From an uncultured Pelagibacteraceae bacterium (lineage in GTDB: Bacteria > Pseudomonadota > Alphaproteobacteria > Pelagibacterales > Pelagibacteraceae), in NCBI GenBank assembly GCA_902560225.1, contig CACEKT010000002.1, forward strand, positions 932 through 64,931: DNA of 64,000 nucleotides, in the 5' to 3' direction. This document shows positions 61,081-64,000 of the stretch, piece by piece. A program made the position numbers and the translations under genes. The notes under the pieces are model-generated. The model saw nothing but the letters and a program-made list of their open reading frames with translations. It was not told where the DNA came from and made no database searches. Numbering within the stretch: position 1 is the stretch's first letter; every line of letters starts with the position of its first letter.

Positions 61081-61587
61081 ATGAAAATAATACTTTTTAT
61101 AATTTTAAGTTTATTTTTTTTCACAAATGCTAATGCTGCATGTGATGATCCGTTAACTGATGGGGTCGATTATTCAAATTGTAGATTTTCTGATGCTCAA
61201 GATTTACAAGGAAGTTATCTACCTAATTCAAACTTATCATTTGCCAGTTTTATACAGGTAAATTTTGATAAAAGCATAATGATGAATTCAAATTTATCAT
61301 TTGGAACTTTTCCTGAGTCCACTTTTGTTAGAGCTAATCTTTATGAAACTATATCAATAGGTGCCAATTTTGAAAAATCAAATTTTAGCGGTTCAAATTT
61401 AACTAGAGTTGATTTTATGGGTGCTACCTTAATTGAGGCTAACTTTCAAAATGCAAATCTTATGGAGGCTAATTTTACATCTTCAAACATAACTAATGCA
61501 AACTTTGATGGCGCAAATTTAATTGGAGCAACTTGGACAAATGGCGAAACTTGTGGAGCAGAGTCGATAGGTACTTGTAATAAGTAG
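61081..61587 (+). CDS. Exported pentapeptide-repeat protein
   Basis: Signal peptide (ANA), repeated A(N/D)(L/F)xx units and terminal cysteine pairs. Confidence 0.9.
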   Translation: MKIILFIILSLFFFTNANAACDDPLTDGVDYSNCRFSDAQDLQGSYLPNSNLSFASFIQVNFDKSIMMNSNLSFGTFPESTFVRANLYETISIGANFEKSNFSGSNLTRVDFMGATLIEANFQNANLMEANFTSSNITNANFDGANLIGATWTNGETCGAESIGTCNK

Positions 61588-61590
61588 TTA

Positions 61591-61878
61591 ATGAATAACT
61601 CAATTAAGACTGACGATGTAATTTTTAACTTTTTTAAACAAATTTGTGATGAAAAAGACGATCAAAAATGTTTAGAACTAGGGAAAAATTGGATTCACGC
61701 TATGGAAACTAATTTATCAAATATGGAAGCAAACCTTGATGGAGCTGATAAACTTAAACATAAAGATGATATACAGAGTAACCGTGATCATTTAGATAGC
61801 TTGAAAAGTAAAAGTTCTTCTGAATGGAGAGACTATGCAACACAGTGTATGGTTGAAATTATTAATAATAAAAAATAA
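61591..61878 (+). CDS. Hypothetical helical protein
   Basis: 95-aa ORF starting 3 nt after the previous stop. No motif recognised. Confidence 0.7.
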   Translation: MNNSIKTDDVIFNFFKQICDEKDDQKCLELGKNWIHAMETNLSNMEANLDGADKLKHKDDIQSNRDHLDSLKSKSSSEWRDYATQCMVEIINNKK

Positions 61879-61920
61879 TTTAAAACCTTTAATTATCTAA
61901 AAAAATATACTAGTAGGTAT

Positions 61921-61990
61921 GTAAAGGGGTGTCGTAAAAGACTGAGATTAAACCCTATGAACCTGTCCGGTAATTCAGAAAGGGAGTAAA
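61921..61990 (+). ncRNA. TPP riboswitch (compact, degenerate)
   Basis: GGGGTG..CTGAGA..AACCC.ATGAACCTG..GGTAAT..AGGGA in canonical order, immediately before an SSS transporter. Confidence 0.85.
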
Positions 61991-63430
61991 GTGAATAAAA
62001 CATACCTTATAAGTCAATCTACATCATTAACATTATTAATAATTATCAGTTTAATTTTTGCAATATTAGGAATTTATAATTCTAAAAAATTTCGAGGGAT
62101 AAACAATTATTTAACTGCAAATAGAAATATAGGTTTTTTTTCTTTAACAACAAGTTTAGTAGCTTCTGCATTAGGTGCATGGATATTATTTGGTCCTGCA
62201 GCAGCAGCTTCGTGGGGTGGAATAGGTGCAGTGATAGGTTATGCGTTTGGTACAGCTTTTCCAATGATCTTTTTAATATATTTAGGAAAAAAAATAAGAA
62301 ATGAATTTCCTAATGGAGCATCTTTGATTGAATTTATGAGAAAAAAATTTGGAAAAAGTTTATTTAAATTAATTTTATTGATGACTATATTTTATATGTT
62401 TATTTTCTTATGTGCTGAAGTTACAGCTGTAGCAGTTTTAATAAATTATATATCAGGAACAGAACTTTGGATTACTGCATTAATAGTACTATTTGCGACA
62501 CTAACTTATACACTGTATGGAGGCTTAAGAGCTTCAATATTTACAGACAATATTCAAATGATTGTAGTCGCTGTTCTTTTAATAATTTCAGTTTCATACA
62601 TATCTTCTTTTACAGGAAATGAATTTTCTTTTGAATTTATAGAAAAAAATAACCCACAATTATTAAGTGCATCGTATGTTCCAAGTTATACAGCAGGTTT
62701 AACTTTTTTTATAGCTGTTGCTGCCACAAACTTATTCCACCAAGGAAATTGGCAAAGAGTATATGCTGCAAAAAATTATGAAACATTAAGAAAAAGTTTA
62801 ATTATATCTTTTTTTATTATTGTACCGGTTGTCTTTTTCATGGGTTTTACTGGAATGGTCTCTTTCTCAATAGACTCAAGTAATAGACCTGATCTTGCGT
62901 TTTTTACACTATTATTAAAAGAGCAAACGGAATTTTTATCTTTATTAATAATAGTACTAGGATTAGCCTTAACTATCTCAACCGTTGATACTTTAGTAAA
63001 CGCAATTTCAAGTTTATTTGTAGTGGATGGAAAAGCTACATTTAATTTTGATAAAAAAACAGATTATCTCCAATTATCAAAATATTTCATTATTTTCCTA
63101 TCTTTGATTGCTTTCATTGTTGCTTCAAGAGGATTTGATATTTTATATTTATTTTTATTAGCTGATTTATTTTGTTGTGCATTTGTTTTAACAGTTTTTT
63201 ACAGCTTCTATAACAAAGGTATCAATGAAAAAACTGCGTATTTATCAATTATGGTAGGTTTAATAGCTGGTTTTTTGATGTTCCCTTTTCCAGATTTTTC
63301 AAAAAGTCTGCTAGTTGGAGTGTTAGCACCAAAAGATATTTTTACACCTTTTATTACACAGTCTTTATTATTTTTATCTTTTGTTGTTGCAACATTTTTG
63401 CCTGCAATAATGTTAAAAATAAATAAATAA
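61991..63430 (+). CDS. thiV: Sodium:solute symporter, ThiV-like thiamin-pyrimidine (HMP) precursor transporter
   Basis: SSS motifs (YLTANR, YTLYGGLRASIFTD, WQRVYAAK, ISTVDT) under a TPP riboswitch. Confidence 0.8.
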   Translation: MNKTYLISQSTSLTLLIIISLIFAILGIYNSKKFRGINNYLTANRNIGFFSLTTSLVASALGAWILFGPAAAASWGGIGAVIGYAFGTAFPMIFLIYLGKKIRNEFPNGASLIEFMRKKFGKSLFKLILLMTIFYMFIFLCAEVTAVAVLINYISGTELWITALIVLFATLTYTLYGGLRASIFTDNIQMIVVAVLLIISVSYISSFTGNEFSFEFIEKNNPQLLSASYVPSYTAGLTFFIAVAATNLFHQGNWQRVYAAKNYETLRKSLIISFFIIVPVVFFMGFTGMVSFSIDSSNRPDLAFFTLLLKEQTEFLSLLIIVLGLALTISTVDTLVNAISSLFVVDGKATFNFDKKTDYLQLSKYFIIFLSLIAFIVASRGFDILYLFLLADLFCCAFVLTVFYSFYNKGINEKTAYLSIMVGLIAGFLMFPFPDFSKSLLVGVLAPKDIFTPFITQSLLFLSFVVATFLPAIMLKINK

Positions 63431-63435
63431 AAATT

Positions 63436-63804
63436 TTAAATTGAAGATTTTATAGCTTTATAAATGAGATCTTTTCTTGTCTCACCAATACTTCTGTAAA
63501 TTTCTTTATTATCTTTAAAAATTAAAAGTGTTGTTTGGTATTGTACATTAAAGAATCTTGCAATTTCTTTATTAGTGACATCAAATGCAAAGTACTCAAT
63601 ATTATCAAATTCATTTTTAGCTTTATTTAGTACTTTCATTTGACTGGCACAAGATGTGCAATATTTAACCCAAGAACTTACAACTACTATTTTTCCTTCT
63701 GATAATGCTTTATCAAAAGCTTCTTTGTTATAAGTCGTCTCTTTTGCTATGGCATAAGAACTGAATACAAATATACAAAAAACTAATGTTAGTATTTTTT
63801 TCAT
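63436..63804 (-). CDS. Exported thioredoxin-like protein
   Basis: Signal peptide, CTSC motif and V.YQTTL..FK...E..R. Confidence 0.8.
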   Translation of the reverse strand: MKKILTLVFCIFVFSSYAIAKETTYNKEAFDKALSEGKIVVVSSWVKYCTSCASQMKVLNKAKNEFDNIEYFAFDVTNKEIARFFNVQYQTTLLIFKDNKEIYRSIGETRKDLIYKAIKSSI

Positions 63805-63875
63805 ATATTAAATTATAACGATAATTTAATTACGTTGTAATCCACTAAATTGTCTCTATATACGTAATATCTATA

Positions 63876-64000
63876 ATGTCTAATAATCAAATAAGCATAA
63901 ATAATCTCTCAAAAGTCTACGACAATGGTTTTGAAGCCTTAAAAAATATTAATCTAGATATTAAAAAAGGAGAGATTTTTGCCATGCTTGGTCCAAATGG
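63876..64000 (+). CDS. ABC transporter ATP-binding protein (5' part only)
   Basis: [42 protein letters not shown] leads into a Walker A motif and runs off the window. Confidence 0.85.
   Translation, partial: MSNNQISINNLSKVYDNGFEALKNINLDIKKGEIFAMLGPN

Noticed and set aside
61081-61587. Qnr/MfpA quinolone-resistance protein
   Set aside because: The signal peptide and terminal cysteines indicate export, and the repeat alone is not diagnostic.
5995-62264. Many 60-112 aa ORFs antisense to or nested in recognised genes (e.g. 5995, 7440, 10959, 17810, 33822, 38465, 44358, 48188, 55207, 58719)
   Set aside because: They overlap well-supported genes and show no motifs of their own.

Overview
AT-rich, gene-dense alphaproteobacterial DNA. 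Gene content and order, tiny intergenic gaps and a TPP-riboswitch/SSS-transporter pair point to SAR11 (Pelagibacterales); this is an inference. The first ~37 kb is core genome: lptD-lptG-lptF, pepA, ndk, purNM, hda-like, aspS, an NrdJ C-terminal-domain relic, accCB, aroQ, thiSG, rne, PBP1A, prfB with its +1 frameshift, an AsmA-like protein, tyrS, anmK, iscR-suf and glnA. A Moco/MsrPQ block lies at 37.7-43 kb and a sugar/sugar-acid catabolic region at about 44-61 kb. The best candidate for an undescribed system is in that region: a TTT transporter, a PdxA-family enzyme lacking the canonical substrate residues (ClxD-like) and an L-lyxonate-dehydratase-like enolase. These look like the lower half of ascorbate-breakdown-product catabolism. 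They sit beside a XylB/XylC/XylD-like aldose oxidation route and two different 2-keto-3-deoxy-acid 4-dehydrogenase-like SDRs that could converge on pyruvate + glycolate. Other observations: in-frame repeat expansions in two periplasm-spanning proteins (LptD and the AsmA-like protein), a 43-codon ppc-like remnant, two apparently frameshifted genes, an unannotated 56-aa ORF and a degenerate TPP aptamer. I saw no tRNA, rRNA, CRISPR array or mobile element. All family assignments come from motif recognition and recalled reference sequences, not from database searches.
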